A DNA stretch of 64,000 bases from Patescibacteria group bacterium (GTDB taxonomy: Bacteria; Patescibacteriota; WWE3; UBA101185; UBA10185), in contig JBBAAW010000001.1 in assembly GCA_041658075.1 (NCBI GenBank), positions 24,778-88,777 of the forward strand, read 5' to 3'. Shown piece after piece: positions 20,765-30,992 of the stretch; the stretch's first letter is position 1, and each line of letters begins with the position of its first letter. Both the position numbers and the translations under genes were made by a program. The notes beneath the pieces are model-generated. The model saw only the letters and a list, made by a program, of their open reading frames with translations. It had not been told where the DNA came from and made no database searches.

Positions 20765-21502
20765 TCAGCCCATGATCTCGGCGATCGATTGCCGAAGCTG
20801 CGAAAGGTATCGCACAGCTTGGGCACGCGTGCCAAAGGTTGGAGCAACTTCGAGCACGATTGACACCTGGGTCTTTGTCTGTGTTGCCAGCAGGCGCAGC
20901 ATGTCCTGTAACTCGCCTTTAGTTTGTCCTGCCAGCAAACTTGAGATCTCCGGCCCCACTGGGTGGACGTGGATCAGGGCGATTTGGTCTTTCCACTTTT
21001 CAAGTAGTCTCTTCCATTGGAACGGGGAGGGGTCCCCGTTTCTGTAGGGTCGGCGCGTGTGCCAGGTGTCCCAACACAAACTGGCAAGTCCGGTGGTAGG
21101 CAGTCCGCCCTCGGGATGCAGCTCATAGACCGATTGTCTCTCTCTGGAGTCGTGAGAGACGTGCAAGGCATTCTGGAAACATCGGCCGAAGATCTGCGGA
21201 TCCATGGGGTCCCTGCCGAATACTACCCAATCGATGGGCAGTGGGTGATCTTCTCCAGCCCGCCCTGTAACCCGTTGTACAACCTTCCAAAGGGAGCCGT
21301 AATTCCAAGCTCCTTCCCAAGCAATTACTCCTCTGTTAGGTAGCCGTCTTACGGAATCCATGCTCCATCCCCGCAAAGGGAGGAGCTGAAGTCCGTTGAA
21401 TCCGGCATCAACGGCCATCTGGTAGGCCCTGACCGGCCCACCCGATCCCAGACTCCATGGAACCAACGACGCGACGCTCACATCGAACCTCCTCGTACCC
21501 AT
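20765..21502 (-). CDS. Xylose-isomerase-like TIM-barrel (sugar phosphate isomerase/epimerase family) protein in a GC-rich (~57%) island
   Basis: LCWDTWH (cf. LDxGH metal-site motif of PF01261). Strong SD AAGGAGAG 6 nt before ATG (MGTRR). Extended -10 TGTTATAAT upstream. Confidence 0.5.
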   Translation of the reverse strand: MGTRRFDVSVASLVPWSLGSGGPVRAYQMAVDAGFNGLQLLPLRGWSMDSVRRLPNRGVIAWEGAWNYGSLWKVVQRVTGRAGEDHPLPIDWVVFGRDPMDPQIFGRCFQNALHVSHDSRERQSVYELHPEGGLPTTGLASLCWDTWHTRRPYRNGDPSPFQWKRLLEKWKDQIALIHVHPVGPEISSLLAGQTKGELQDMLRLLATQTKTQVSIVLEVAPTFGTRAQAVRYLSQLRQSIAEIMG

Positions 21503-21572
21503 GCTGTGCTCTCCTTTCATTCTTCCCACTAATTCCGCCGTGCGTGTTTGCTGATAATATTATAACAAATAT

Positions 21573-21992
21573 TCAGGTTATATGCGTTGTGAGTATAAAA
21601 GTAACTATTCCAACTTCTTGATTCGCAAACAGTTTAATACGATCGTTTGAAAATGACCACAACCATTTTATTCCCCAACCGGTTCCGATGCTATCTAAGA
21701 TAAAATGTGAACATACGCATGTAATAAACATTAAGGCCAATTTGTAGTCAGAAGCTAAAAGTATTAACAGGGAAAGAGATATATAGAGCAAGGAGTAGTG
21801 TGTAATTTCTCTGTGAAACCCGTGCTCTTTACCCCCAAGCCTTTTCCGTTGAAGTAATTCAATAAGGATATCCACATCGGGCAGATAGTTAAAGAAGATA
21901 ATAATCAGTAAAAACGGCAGAGTTAGTTTAAAGCCAAAAATAGAAGAAAATAGTGTGGAAAATATGAAGGCAACTCCGAGATGAGTGAACAC
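21573..21992 (-). CDS. DUF457/YdjM-like membrane-bound metal-dependent hydrolase
   Basis: N-terminal MFTHLG, conserved His residues (HREITH, CSHFILD), 4 hydrophobic segments. Confidence 0.45.
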   Translation of the reverse strand: MFTHLGVAFIFSTLFSSIFGFKLTLPFLLIIIFFNYLPDVDILIELLQRKRLGGKEHGFHREITHYSLLYISLSLLILLASDYKLALMFITCVCSHFILDSIGTGWGIKWLWSFSNDRIKLFANQEVGIVTFILTTHIT

Positions 21993-22043
21993 ACTTAGGA
22001 TTATATCAATAATCAGCCGGTATAACGCACAGGCCTATAGAAT

Positions 22044-22072
22044 TTTACTATTGGCGTGAGGTTTTATATAAT
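22044..22072 (+). promoter_or_regulatory. Sigma70-type promoter TTTACT-17nt-TATAAT upstream of the small GC-rich ORF
   Basis: Perfect -10 TATAAT. Downstream SD GAGGAGGTG and a GTG start at 22114. Confidence 0.45.
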
Positions 22073-22113
22073 AAGTACACAAGCTCGATTAACTCTTGCC
22101 GAGGAGGTGTATC

Positions 22114-22314
22114 GTGGAGATTGCGAGGCTTTCGTGGTCATATGTTATCGACTGTACTTTCGTGCTTTTCGCGGTCTGGTATTTGCGGAGGTTCTTTGTT
22201 GCGGTCTCTGAGAGCGAGGCCGGAATTTATTGGAACGGACCGGCAGTGGTTGGGATTGTGGGCACGATGATGTGGATTCCAATTATCTGCACAATCATCG
22301 ACTGGTTCTTATGA
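22114..22314 (+). CDS. Small (66-aa) two-TM membrane protein in a GC-rich patch
   Basis: Strong SD GAGGAGGTG 5 nt before GTG. Hydrophobic helices. ~58% GC. Confidence 0.4.
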   Translation: MEIARLSWSYVIDCTFVLFAVWYLRRFFVAVSESEAGIYWNGPAVVGIVGTMMWIPIICTIIDWFL

Positions 22315-22407
22315 GCCCCTGCTCCGAGATGTCGAAAAGGCGTCAGACAAGACTGAAGGGTGCAACCGAAGCTGGCTCAGCGGCCAACTATCGAATGTAC
22401 CCTTCTT

Positions 22408-23418
22408 TCAACCGCCTATATAATTTCCGGATTTTGCGTCGACCCCGCGGAGTTGAAGTTTTGGTTTTATTAATAACCCGTGGATAAAATTTAGTCCATA
22501 TACTACGTGCGTCAAAAAGATTCCCAAGCCTGTGTAAAGTGCTAGCTTTAAATGTCGCTCGACCATAAAAACTTTAAATATTTCTAAAGTCAACAAAGCT
22601 AAGTATGCTGTGACGCAAACTCCGTAAAAATACCAAAGCAATGGAATGACGACGCAGATAAAAGGTCCGAGAAATAAACCTAATACAAAGGCTGACGGAG
22701 CAAAGTAAGAAGGGAGTCGCGAAGTTTCCGGAAAGATCCTTGCAAACTGTCCACGATGTCTTCCGTAACGGGAAATTTGTTTTAGATGCGGTATAAAAAC
22801 ATTTCGACGATGGTGATAGACCACGGGTTTGGGGCTGTACAAAAAGGGTCTGCCGTAGGTTTTTACAAGATCTAGGCAAAGTTTGGTGTCTTCCCCGGGC
22901 CAAAAGTCTGCTAGGAACCCTCCAACCTTTTCAAATGCTTCCTTTCTAACAAAGAGATTGACTGATGGGTAGTCGACTATCTGTTTTCCCCGTAACGGCA
23001 CGTGTCTATATTTGGTCCCTGCACTCGTCAGCCATGATTCTAGAATCTTTCCCGAACACTTTTCTAGAAGTTTGGCATCTGGTGGCGTTATAGCAGGACC
23101 GCCTAAAGCGTAAACCTGGGGATCGCTAAATATAGTTGCCGCCTCGTTCAGCCAGTTTGGGGTTGGGTAAGCATCGTCGTCCAGAAAAACCAGCACGTCT
23201 CCGCTTGCCATGCATGCGCTAAAGTTTCTTTTTTCTCCTGGTGCCGTCTTTCCCGGGCAGATGAGTGAAAAGCGACTGTCATTGAACTCGTACTGCTCCT
23301 TAGAATCTGTAGTAATAAGAACCTCAAAGTTCTGGTAGTTAAGTTTCTTTAGGTTGGTAATACTTTCTAGCAGAAAGTTGTTAATAGCTCTAATAGTGAT
23401 AATTATGGAAAACTTCAT
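22408..23418 (-). CDS. Glycosyltransferase family 2 with C-terminal TM helices
   Basis: FSIIITIRA...FEVLITTD...[11 protein letters not shown] motifs. Confidence 0.75.
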   Translation of the reverse strand: MKFSIIITIRAINNFLLESITNLKKLNYQNFEVLITTDSKEQYEFNDSRFSLICPGKTAPGEKRNFSACMASGDVLVFLDDDAYPTPNWLNEAATIFSDPQVYALGGPAITPPDAKLLEKCSGKILESWLTSAGTKYRHVPLRGKQIVDYPSVNLFVRKEAFEKVGGFLADFWPGEDTKLCLDLVKTYGRPFLYSPKPVVYHHRRNVFIPHLKQISRYGRHRGQFARIFPETSRLPSYFAPSAFVLGLFLGPFICVVIPLLWYFYGVCVTAYLALLTLEIFKVFMVERHLKLALYTGLGIFLTHVVYGLNFIHGLLIKPKLQLRGVDAKSGNYIGG

Positions 23419-24371
23419 ATTTTGCTCTTAAAATACTCTACGGTCTTTTTGAGTCCTTCGTTAAGTTTTATCTTTGGTTCCCAATTCAACACTTTTTTGG
23501 CCAAAGAAATATCAGGTTTGCGTTGTTTGGGATCGTCGGCCGGTAAATCATTATAAATTATTTTCGATTTGGAATCCGTTAGAGCAATCACTTTTTCTGC
23601 TAACTCTTTTATGGTGAATTCGCCCGGATTTCCAATATTTATTGGCCCTGTATGACTTGGGTTGTTCATCATTTTGTATATGGCGGAGATTAAATCGTTC
23701 ACATAACAAAACGATCTGGTTTGCGAGCCGTCGCCGTAAATTGTGATAGGTTTGTTTTTTAGCGCCTGTATAATAAAATTAGATACCACGCGGCCATCAT
23801 TTACGGCCATTCTTGGTCCATAAGTGTTAAATATTCTTACAACACGTATTTCCACATTGTGCTGGCGATGGTAATCAAAAAATAAGGTTTCTGCTACGCG
23901 CTTTCCTTCGTCATAGCACGCCCGCGGACCAATGGTGTTTACATTTCCTCTGTACGACTCCGGTTGGGGATGCACATCCGGATCGCCGTAAACTTCTGAT
24001 GTTGACGCCTGCAGAATGCGCGCTTTGTGTTTTTTAGCCAGTCCAAGCATGTTTATTACACCTATCGTGTTGGCCTTAATAGTCCTTATAGAATTATATT
24101 GGTAATGCACGGGCGATGCGGGACAAGCCAAGTTGTAAATTTGATCGACCGTGATGTTATCCAAAAACAGTGGCTCAATAATGTCATGATTTATAAAAGT
24201 AAAATTGGGATTTTGAGTTAGGTGGTGAATGTTTTGCTTACTACCGGTAAAAAGGTTATCAATGCAGATAACTTTTTCGCCTTTTTCTAAAAGGTATTCG
24301 CACAGGAAACTGCCTAAAAAGCCTGCTCCACCTGTAACTACAATGTTTTTACGATCAATTTTCTTTTCCAT
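23415..24371 (-). CDS. uxs: UDP-glucuronate decarboxylase (UDP-xylose synthase)-type SDR
   Basis: [43 protein letters not shown]. These are the UXS/ArnA-decarboxylase family signatures. Confidence 0.75.
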   Translation of the reverse strand: MEKKIDRKNIVVTGGAGFLGSFLCEYLLEKGEKVICIDNLFTGSKQNIHHLTQNPNFTFINHDIIEPLFLDNITVDQIYNLACPASPVHYQYNSIRTIKANTIGVINMLGLAKKHKARILQASTSEVYGDPDVHPQPESYRGNVNTIGPRACYDEGKRVAETLFFDYHRQHNVEIRVVRIFNTYGPRMAVNDGRVVSNFIIQALKNKPITIYGDGSQTRSFCYVNDLISAIYKMMNNPSHTGPINIGNPGEFTIKELAEKVIALTDSKSKIIYNDLPADDPKQRKPDISLAKKVLNWEPKIKLNEGLKKTVEYFKSKI

Positions 24372-24398
24372 AGCGTTATTTTAAGCACCCATCCGTAC

Positions 24399-25202
24399 CT
24401 ATCCAAGCTCTCCGGTGTTTATGCGCATTTCTAGGTCTTTGTCGTAAACCCACTTGCGTTTGCTATCGTCGCTATAAAAATTAAGAATCCTTAACCGATA
24501 AAAGATGGCTAGGGTGTCTAGGATCATAGCTTGGATGTGTTTGTCAAAAATTATTAACGTAGAAAACGAAGTGTTATCAAAGCCCAGCCTTACTTTTACG
24601 GGCGCTTCGTAGATACGGTTAAAGCCAAGATTTTTTGCTACCGCCAGTATTTCTATATCAAAGGCAAACTGCTTAACCAGCAAGCGTGGTAAGACTTTTT
24701 CTAACACTTGGCGTTTGTAAACCTTTAAACCCGTTTGAGTGTCTTTTAAATTGAGTCCAAAAAGAATTTTTACCATCATATAATAAACAAAACTATATAC
24801 TTTACGCATTAAAGGATACTTGTTGACTTGGGAAACTGGGTGTTTTTTGCTGGCCACTACGATATCCGCGTTATACCATTCCATGTGTTCTAAAAGCATG
24901 GAGATTCCATTGGGGTCAATGTCCATTCCCGCGTCGATAAAGGAAATATAGTCACCGGTGGCGCGAGCCATTCCGTAGCGAACCGCGTAACCCTTGCCTT
25001 TATTAATATCGTATTTATAAACCTGCAAATTTGGTCGTTTGACTTTTTTAGCCTCTTTATAGGAGTCGTCGGGCGAGCCGTCTACAACGGCAACTACTTC
25101 ATATTCCCAACGGGTTTTGCTCATGGTGTCGCAAATATTTTCTAGGTCGACTTCAATTGTTTTTTCTTGTTTATAAACTGGAATGATTATCGACACCTTC
25201 AT
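24399..25202 (-). CDS. Glycosyltransferase family 2 (Dpm1/polyprenyl-phosphate glycosyltransferase-like)
   Basis: VSIIIPVYKQEKTI...VVDGSPDDS. Confidence 0.75.
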   Translation of the reverse strand: MKVSIIIPVYKQEKTIEVDLENICDTMSKTRWEYEVVAVVDGSPDDSYKEAKKVKRPNLQVYKYDINKGKGYAVRYGMARATGDYISFIDAGMDIDPNGISMLLEHMEWYNADIVVASKKHPVSQVNKYPLMRKVYSFVYYMMVKILFGLNLKDTQTGLKVYKRQVLEKVLPRLLVKQFAFDIEILAVAKNLGFNRIYEAPVKVRLGFDNTSFSTLIIFDKHIQAMILDTLAIFYRLRILNFYSDDSKRKWVYDKDLEMRINTGELG

Positions 25203-26487
25203 GCAGAGATTTTACAACATAAATAGTTATAAATAAACAGGCGATTCCGGTCGACAATATATTTGCTTTAATGATGCTGTAGATGTTGTTATGAAGGAAG
25301 CTAATAAGTATGTATTGAAGGACACAGGCTGGGATTATAAATAGAAAGGCTTTGGTTTTATTTATTGCCAAAAGAAACATGGACAGAAAGGTGATCAAGA
25401 TATAGAAGGCGACAAAGACGGCAAAAAGTGGCAGATAAGTAACGGATTCGGTAAATTTCCCTCTAAACATTATGGAGTTGATCGCTTGGGGGAATATGGC
25501 GTAGCATAAAATTCCTCCAACAATCAGCAGTAGCTGAAGCGATAGGAATTTTAGAAAGCGACCTTTAAAGTTGCCACTTGATGCATAAAGATGGGAAATT
25601 TGTGGAAACATAACTACCTGAACAATACTGGCGCCAAACAAAAAAACCTTACTCATGGTAACTACGCCGGCGTAAATTCCCGCGTCGTATGGGGTAAAAA
25701 AATGTTTGACCATTACAACATCAGTGTTGTTTAAAAGGGTTATTCCGGAGTTTATAAAAAATACCGGTACGCTAAAGAGTAGAAGCCCCCTGTAAAGATG
25801 AGTAAGTTTTTTGTCGACAAGATTTTGAGGTGGATTTAAACCCACCCTAAAATTCTTCTTAAGAAGCAGGATCGACACAAAGAAGCTTAGAATCCCAACC
25901 ACTGTTAAACCGGCATATGCCCCCGCAACGGCAAAACCAGCGTAAACCAAGCCAAGCGGGATTACAAGTCGTAAAAATTGTGAAACTAAAGAAAGAAAAG
26001 CAAACGCCTTAAATCTTAGTAAGCCCTGCAGGTAAGAAAATGTGGCGACATTTAGAAAAGAAAATGCCAGAAAGATTGCAAAAACATAAATTACAGAAGT
26101 GCGATCAATGTTTAAGTAGGTAGAGACTTGATTGTTTAACAGGATAAAAATTAACGATATAGCCATTCCAAACGCCAAAGAAAGATTTGTGAAGTTCCAA
26201 AAGAACTTCCTTAGAGTGTAAAAGTTCTTTTGAGCGAGAAGTTTAGTAACTTCTCTAATGAGGGAGGTAGCTATGGCTCCGGCGGGAATGCCAAAGATAA
26301 TGGAAAGTGAGAGAAAAGCGTTAAAAGTTCCAAAGTCTTCAATGGAAAGCAAATGTCCTAAGCCAATTTGTAGAAGATAGCTAAAAATACTGCCTAAAAA
26401 AACTCCTATGGTAACAATAAAAGTTCCGCTTAAAACAGGATTATCTGCTATGAATTTTAGTTTAGAGATCATATCTTTGATAAACAT
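25171..26487 (-). CDS. Wzx-like oligosaccharide flippase (MOP superfamily), ~12 TM
   Basis: Polytopic membrane protein with polysaccharide-biosynthesis-protein topology. Start uncertain (ORF track extends to 26583, overlapping the next gene). Confidence 0.6.
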   Translation of the reverse strand: MFIKDMISKLKFIADNPVLSGTFIVTIGVFLGSIFSYLLQIGLGHLLSIEDFGTFNAFLSLSIIFGIPAGAIATSLIREVTKLLAQKNFYTLRKFFWNFTNLSLAFGMAISLIFILLNNQVSTYLNIDRTSVIYVFAIFLAFSFLNVATFSYLQGLLRFKAFAFLSLVSQFLRLVIPLGLVYAGFAVAGAYAGLTVVGILSFFVSILLLKKNFRVGLNPPQNLVDKKLTHLYRGLLLFSVPVFFINSGITLLNNTDVVMVKHFFTPYDAGIYAGVVTMSKVFLFGASIVQVVMFPQISHLYASSGNFKGRFLKFLSLQLLLIVGGILCYAIFPQAINSIMFRGKFTESVTYLPLFAVFVAFYILITFLSMFLLAINKTKAFLFIIPACVLQYILISFLHNNIYSIIKANILSTGIACLFITIYVVKSLHEGVDNHSSL

Positions 26488-28168
26488 TGTACAGTTTAAC
26501 GCTACGTAGGTAGATCGAATCGAGGTAGATAAGTTTAAAACGCTTTTCTTGGTTGGAGTAATCGTCCCAAACAGGGTAGACAAAGTATGTGGTTCTTCTG
26601 GCGTTGGGAGTTAAGTCCTCGATTGTTGCCCATCCGCCAATTTTTCTAATAAACGGCCAAATTTGCGTGTAGTATTTTTCCGGAAAAGCCACGGTTAATT
26701 TGTGCGACAACTCTTTCTGATTGTCAAAAGACTGTCCTTGGGTAAAAGGTCCGAGCTTGTTTGTTTTCATTAAGTCAACAAAATAGTGGGCGATTTGATG
26801 CTGACCAATAATCCATTTTGGTTCCAGCGTATAAATTCCCTTGGAAAGTCCGCCAAACATGGGGTTGTAGTAGGAAAAATAATCTGGAGTTAAAGAAAGA
26901 CTCTGTTGGGCGATAAAAAAGATAAACAGCGAGAAAGCAAGGATCGAGATATATGTTTGCGCATGTTTAAGAGTATCTCTCTTAAAAATTTTGTGAGCGA
27001 CTTGCGGGATGACGATAAAGATCAGCCATGTATAGAAAAATCCCGCCATCAAACTTATAGATGCAAGAGATGGGAGGATATAGCGGTCCAGTTTTTTGGT
27101 AGGGATACTAATTTCGATCAGGTATCCAATCGTAAAAATAATCCCAAGAAGTACAAATCTTTTTGTTTTCTCTGCATCAAAGTGCTGGGTGATTTTCTTA
27201 AAGAAAAAAGCAAAAAACAAGATTCCCGTAACGAGAAATAGTGAGAATTTATATGCTATAACTACAAAATAATAAAAGGGCCCAGGGTTTTCTGTATATT
27301 TTCCTAAGAAAATTTGTCCGTGACCGCCTTCTACGCCAACCTCTTTAACCCCTTTGATAAAAACATAATCTAAAGTTCCAACTGGGTTTACCCACATAGA
27401 CGGCCATAAAATAAAATATGTGGCCATTATTCCAAGGATCCATAAGGCCGATAATTTAACCGTGTTCTTTATATTTTTCCTTTGGTACAAAAAGATCGAC
27501 AGGACGGAAAAAGGAATTATAAAAATGGCAGAGGATTTAGTAAGAATGGCTAGACCTGCAAATATGGCCGAAATAACAAGTCGTCTGGTTTTTTTGTCAT
27601 TTGCATAATTTTCCAAAAAATAATACAGCCACACAAAACTTGCGAGCATAAAAGAGGTCATCAAAGCCTCCAAATGAATAACGCGAGTTAAGGCATAAAA
27701 GAAGGGCTCAAATGACACGAGCCATAAAGATACAAAGGCATATTTTTCCCCAAAGAGTTTTTTTAGGGGATAAAAAACTAAAGTGAGAGTAAAACCTGTC
27801 GTTATGACAACTAAAAGCTTTTGGAAAAAATGAAGAGTAAAAACTACTCCTACCGGATCGACAGCTTCGTTAGGGCAAGTAATTACAGCGCAATAAAGTC
27901 CCTGTAATTTTACCCCCGCCGTTCCTACCCACATTAGCGTTACACCTGGATGATACTTTTGTAATGTCTTGTCAAAGTCTAAATTAAAAATTCCGCTCCC
28001 AAAGTCGTAAATTCTAGCTTTCCACTTCCACACATCCGTGTTAAACATTTCCGTGCCAAGGTACGGGGCGCGGGAAAGGCAAAAAACTATAAAAAACAAA
28101 ATCTCGTAGCGGTATCTTTTCGTCAACTCTAAGAATCTTATATGGAGTTTCACGGGGTTATTGAACAT
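26462..28168 (-). CDS. GT-C fold membrane glycosyltransferase (PMT_2/ArnT-like), paralog A
   Basis: Polytopic. YHPGVTLMW motif shared with the 29433-30992 paralog. Acidic residues in the first loop. Confidence 0.5.
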   Translation of the reverse strand: MFNNPVKLHIRFLELTKRYRYEILFFIVFCLSRAPYLGTEMFNTDVWKWKARIYDFGSGIFNLDFDKTLQKYHPGVTLMWVGTAGVKLQGLYCAVITCPNEAVDPVGVVFTLHFFQKLLVVITTGFTLTLVFYPLKKLFGEKYAFVSLWLVSFEPFFYALTRVIHLEALMTSFMLASFVWLYYFLENYANDKKTRRLVISAIFAGLAILTKSSAIFIIPFSVLSIFLYQRKNIKNTVKLSALWILGIMATYFILWPSMWVNPVGTLDYVFIKGVKEVGVEGGHGQIFLGKYTENPGPFYYFVVIAYKFSLFLVTGILFFAFFFKKITQHFDAEKTKRFVLLGIIFTIGYLIEISIPTKKLDRYILPSLASISLMAGFFYTWLIFIVIPQVAHKIFKRDTLKHAQTYISILAFSLFIFFIAQQSLSLTPDYFSYYNPMFGGLSKGIYTLEPKWIIGQHQIAHYFVDLMKTNKLGPFTQGQSFDNQKELSHKLTVAFPEKYYTQIWPFIRKIGGWATIEDLTPNARRTTYFVYPVWDDYSNQEKRFKLIYLDSIYLRSVKLYNVYQRYDL

Positions 28169-28171
28169 AGT

Positions 28172-29359
28172 TCAAAACATTTTAACATTTTTCTCAATGT
28201 AGCCACCATAAATTGTACTGGACCGTTTGTTTTCAAGGTCGACAATATTAGAAATAGATAGAATTAAAGAGGGCAAGAGTATAATGCTAGTAAGAATAAC
28301 TTTGTAATATGTTCTTTTAAACTTGTCGACAATTAAAGAAAGCGCCCAGCCCAATACCAAAAAGAAATAAGGGTAAATGATTATGTAGTAGTGCGAGCGG
28401 TTTTTTTCCAACCCCGATACATAAAAAGTCAAAGCTAGAAATATTGCTGTTGTGAGCAGAATGATGATGTAGACGCGTTTTTGTTTTTGTTTGACTAGTT
28501 TAACACCAAGGATAACGAGTCCTGTTAGTAAAATTGCCCATGCACCGTAACCTAAGTCGTGGGGTAATTTTGTTGACATGGCAGATAAAAATTGCCCGAT
28601 TTGATTTACAAGCGATACTTTTCCCACATTGGTAAATTGCCAAAGCGCACCCTGCGGTCCGTCTGTTCTAATAAAAGTTTTGTAATCAAACAGGGCGTAG
28701 GGAGTGCCGATGAGAAAACCAATGATAGTAAAAATTGTAAGCTTAACAACATCGCCCACTCTTTTTACTAGAGGTTTGGATTGATGCAGTAAGTAATAAA
28801 GGGCAATAAAAAGTCCGCCCAAAATGCCGTTGTATTTGGTTGACGCGGAAAAACCCAAAAAAAGTCCGGACAAAATTGGTGAGACGGTAGAGAAAAAAAG
28901 CGACCATGAAAGGAAAAATAACATAGGGACATCAACGAGCGCGTAGTGGGATTGTCGAACATGCAAAGGTGCCAGAGATAAAAAGACCGATGCGAATAAA
29001 CCCGCATTTTTATTAACAAGTCTTTTTATCCAAAGATAGATTGGAATTATCGTTAAGGCCCCCAATGTGGCGGAGAAAATGCGCGAAATTAAATAAAAAA
29101 TTAAGTTGTCGTTGTAAATAATGGGGGCAACCTGTGCTACTGAGAGATGAAACCCCAACGATGTAATTAGATCGCGCATTTTGGCAAAAACCATATATAC
29201 AAAATAATTAAGGTAAAAGTATAAATGAGGCCAGTCAAAGTGATGGGGATTGGAATCAAACCTTATACCCAGCGCGGATCTTACAACCGCAGGCTCGTCG
29301 GGGTGGTAGATATATGGAAAACCGTGATCGATGGCAATCAGGCGTACGATTAGTGCCAT
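28172..29359 (-). CDS. GT-C fold membrane glycosyltransferase (PMT_2/ArnT-like)
   Basis: YHPDEP first-loop motif. Multi-TM. Confidence 0.5.
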   Translation of the reverse strand: MALIVRLIAIDHGFPYIYHPDEPAVVRSALGIRFDSNPHHFDWPHLYFYLNYFVYMVFAKMRDLITSLGFHLSVAQVAPIIYNDNLIFYLISRIFSATLGALTIIPIYLWIKRLVNKNAGLFASVFLSLAPLHVRQSHYALVDVPMLFFLSWSLFFSTVSPILSGLFLGFSASTKYNGILGGLFIALYYLLHQSKPLVKRVGDVVKLTIFTIIGFLIGTPYALFDYKTFIRTDGPQGALWQFTNVGKVSLVNQIGQFLSAMSTKLPHDLGYGAWAILLTGLVILGVKLVKQKQKRVYIIILLTTAIFLALTFYVSGLEKNRSHYYIIIYPYFFLVLGWALSLIVDKFKRTYYKVILTSIILLPSLILSISNIVDLENKRSSTIYGGYIEKNVKMF

Positions 29360-29432
29360 TAGAAAAATTATGATGATGGACTTAACCGCAACGGGTGGGA
29401 TTGCCGTGACGATGTCTTTCGGAATGACAATT

Positions 29433-30992
29433 TTAAAGTTTTTTATAGATCCTCCAAAATTCTAGTCCATTGATATACATTCCGTCATCCTGGACAAATT
29501 TAAACTTACCCTCCAAAACGTTTTGTGACATCTCCTCATTCGGTCCTAAGATAATCAGATCGTACTTGGAAGTTCCGATTTCCCTAATGTCAAACAATTT
29601 TGAATTTGGATAAATCATGGACATAGGTTTCTTATCTATAAAACCCAGCCCAACATCATTACCGTATTTTTTTACTAGTCGACTTTTTAATTCTGAAACT
29701 CCAATCCCAAAAGGTTTTTGTCCAATGAGTTTGTTGGCGTTTTCTGCCGAGCCAAAAAGCGGATTAGTATAAGTAAAGTAATAAGGGTAAAGCTTGATTA
29801 ACGGGTACAAGGCGCCGATTCCCGTAACGAGAACCAGCGATAAATACAGTGCGCCTTTATAATATCGGTCCTTTAGCTCTGTAAATGTTTGGGTAATTAC
29901 AATCGCCGATACTATTCCCAGCAGAGGAAAAAGCGGAACCATGTAGCGGTCGATCTTTTTTGATGCTGCCGTCATTCCTAAAAAATAGGCTAGATAAAAC
30001 ATTGTAAGGTAAAGCAAAAACACCTTGTCCACCCTCTGGTATCTGTGATAGTCTCTAACTATTTGAAAAATAAAGAACCCGATCCCCAACCAAATGAGTG
30101 GGGAGGTTTTTAACGCTAAAACTAAAGGATAGAAGCTCAGACCTGCTGTATCCGTTGTATCTCCCATAACAACCTGCTCGTGCCCGCGCCGTGTTCCTAT
30201 TCGTAGGCCCTCATTATAAATGTCGCTCAAAACAAATTTGGGATTGACCCATAAAGCCGGGAAGAGAATAAATATTGTGGCAATGGAGGAGAGTAACAAC
30301 GCGCTCAGATACACCATCGGCCATTTTCTATCTAAGCGGTTTCTTAATGTCGCTACGACTAAAAAAGCCAATATAAATCCCAGCGATAATAGACCCACGC
30401 TCTTAGTGAGAAACGCCAAGCCTGCAGAAACCCCGCAAAAAATCACGTTGGTGAGTGACCAACGCATATAACATTTATATCCATAAGTTAAAGATAAGAT
30501 AACGAAGAGGGTGAGCAGTACATCCATGTGTAAGATTCGCGAGTTTCCTAAGAAAAAGGGTTCAAAGGTAAAAATTGATACGGCTAAGAGTGATTTTTTA
30601 AGTCCTAAAACTTCTTTTAGTGCCAAGATTAGAACTATCGAAAGAGCCAACTGCGTTAACACAAGTGAATACTTAGCGATCTGATGAAGTTGTAAAAAAT
30701 TATCTTGATTATAGACTCTAATTCCAGGATCGATTTGTCTGGCAATTTCTATGGGGATTCCCATTATCCACATCAAAGTTACTCCTGGGTGATAGTGCTG
30801 ATAGGTTTTTAGAAAATTGCCACTTTTTAACCCTACAATAAACTGCTCAGATCTAAAATGCCAATTTACCGCATCGGGATTTATTTCGTCATAACCTAAG
30901 AAAGGGATTCTCGTTATGAGAAAAGCCAAAGAAAACGTTATTACAGCCAGAATTTTTTTAGTCTTTATTGAAAGCATATAAAACGCCGCCAA
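29433..30992 (-). CDS. GT-C fold membrane glycosyltransferase (PMT_2/ArnT-like), paralog B
   Basis: GYDEINPDA and YHPGVTLMW motifs. Multi-TM. C-terminal soluble part. Confidence 0.5.
   Translation of the reverse strand: MAAFYMLSIKTKKILAVITFSLAFLITRIPFLGYDEINPDAVNWHFRSEQFIVGLKSGNFLKTYQHYHPGVTLMWIMGIPIEIARQIDPGIRVYNQDNFLQLHQIAKYSLVLTQLALSIVLILALKEVLGLKKSLLAVSIFTFEPFFLGNSRILHMDVLLTLFVILSLTYGYKCYMRWSLTNVIFCGVSAGLAFLTKSVGLLSLGFILAFLVVATLRNRLDRKWPMVYLSALLLSSIATIFILFPALWVNPKFVLSDIYNEGLRIGTRRGHEQVVMGDTTDTAGLSFYPLVLALKTSPLIWLGIGFFIFQIVRDYHRYQRVDKVFLLYLTMFYLAYFLGMTAASKKIDRYMVPLFPLLGIVSAIVITQTFTELKDRYYKGALYLSLVLVTGIGALYPLIKLYPYYFTYTNPLFGSAENANKLIGQKPFGIGVSELKSRLVKKYGNDVGLGFIDKKPMSMIYPNSKLFDIREIGTSKYDLIILGPNEEMSQNVLEGKFKFVQDDGMYINGLEFWRIYKKL

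Noticed and set aside
20680-20847. N-terminal 56-aa extension of the radical SAM ORF
   Set aside because: The extension lies in GC-rich island DNA and its composition is unlike the rest of the protein. The conserved B12-domain start MKIAIGYPP sits at the internal ATG.
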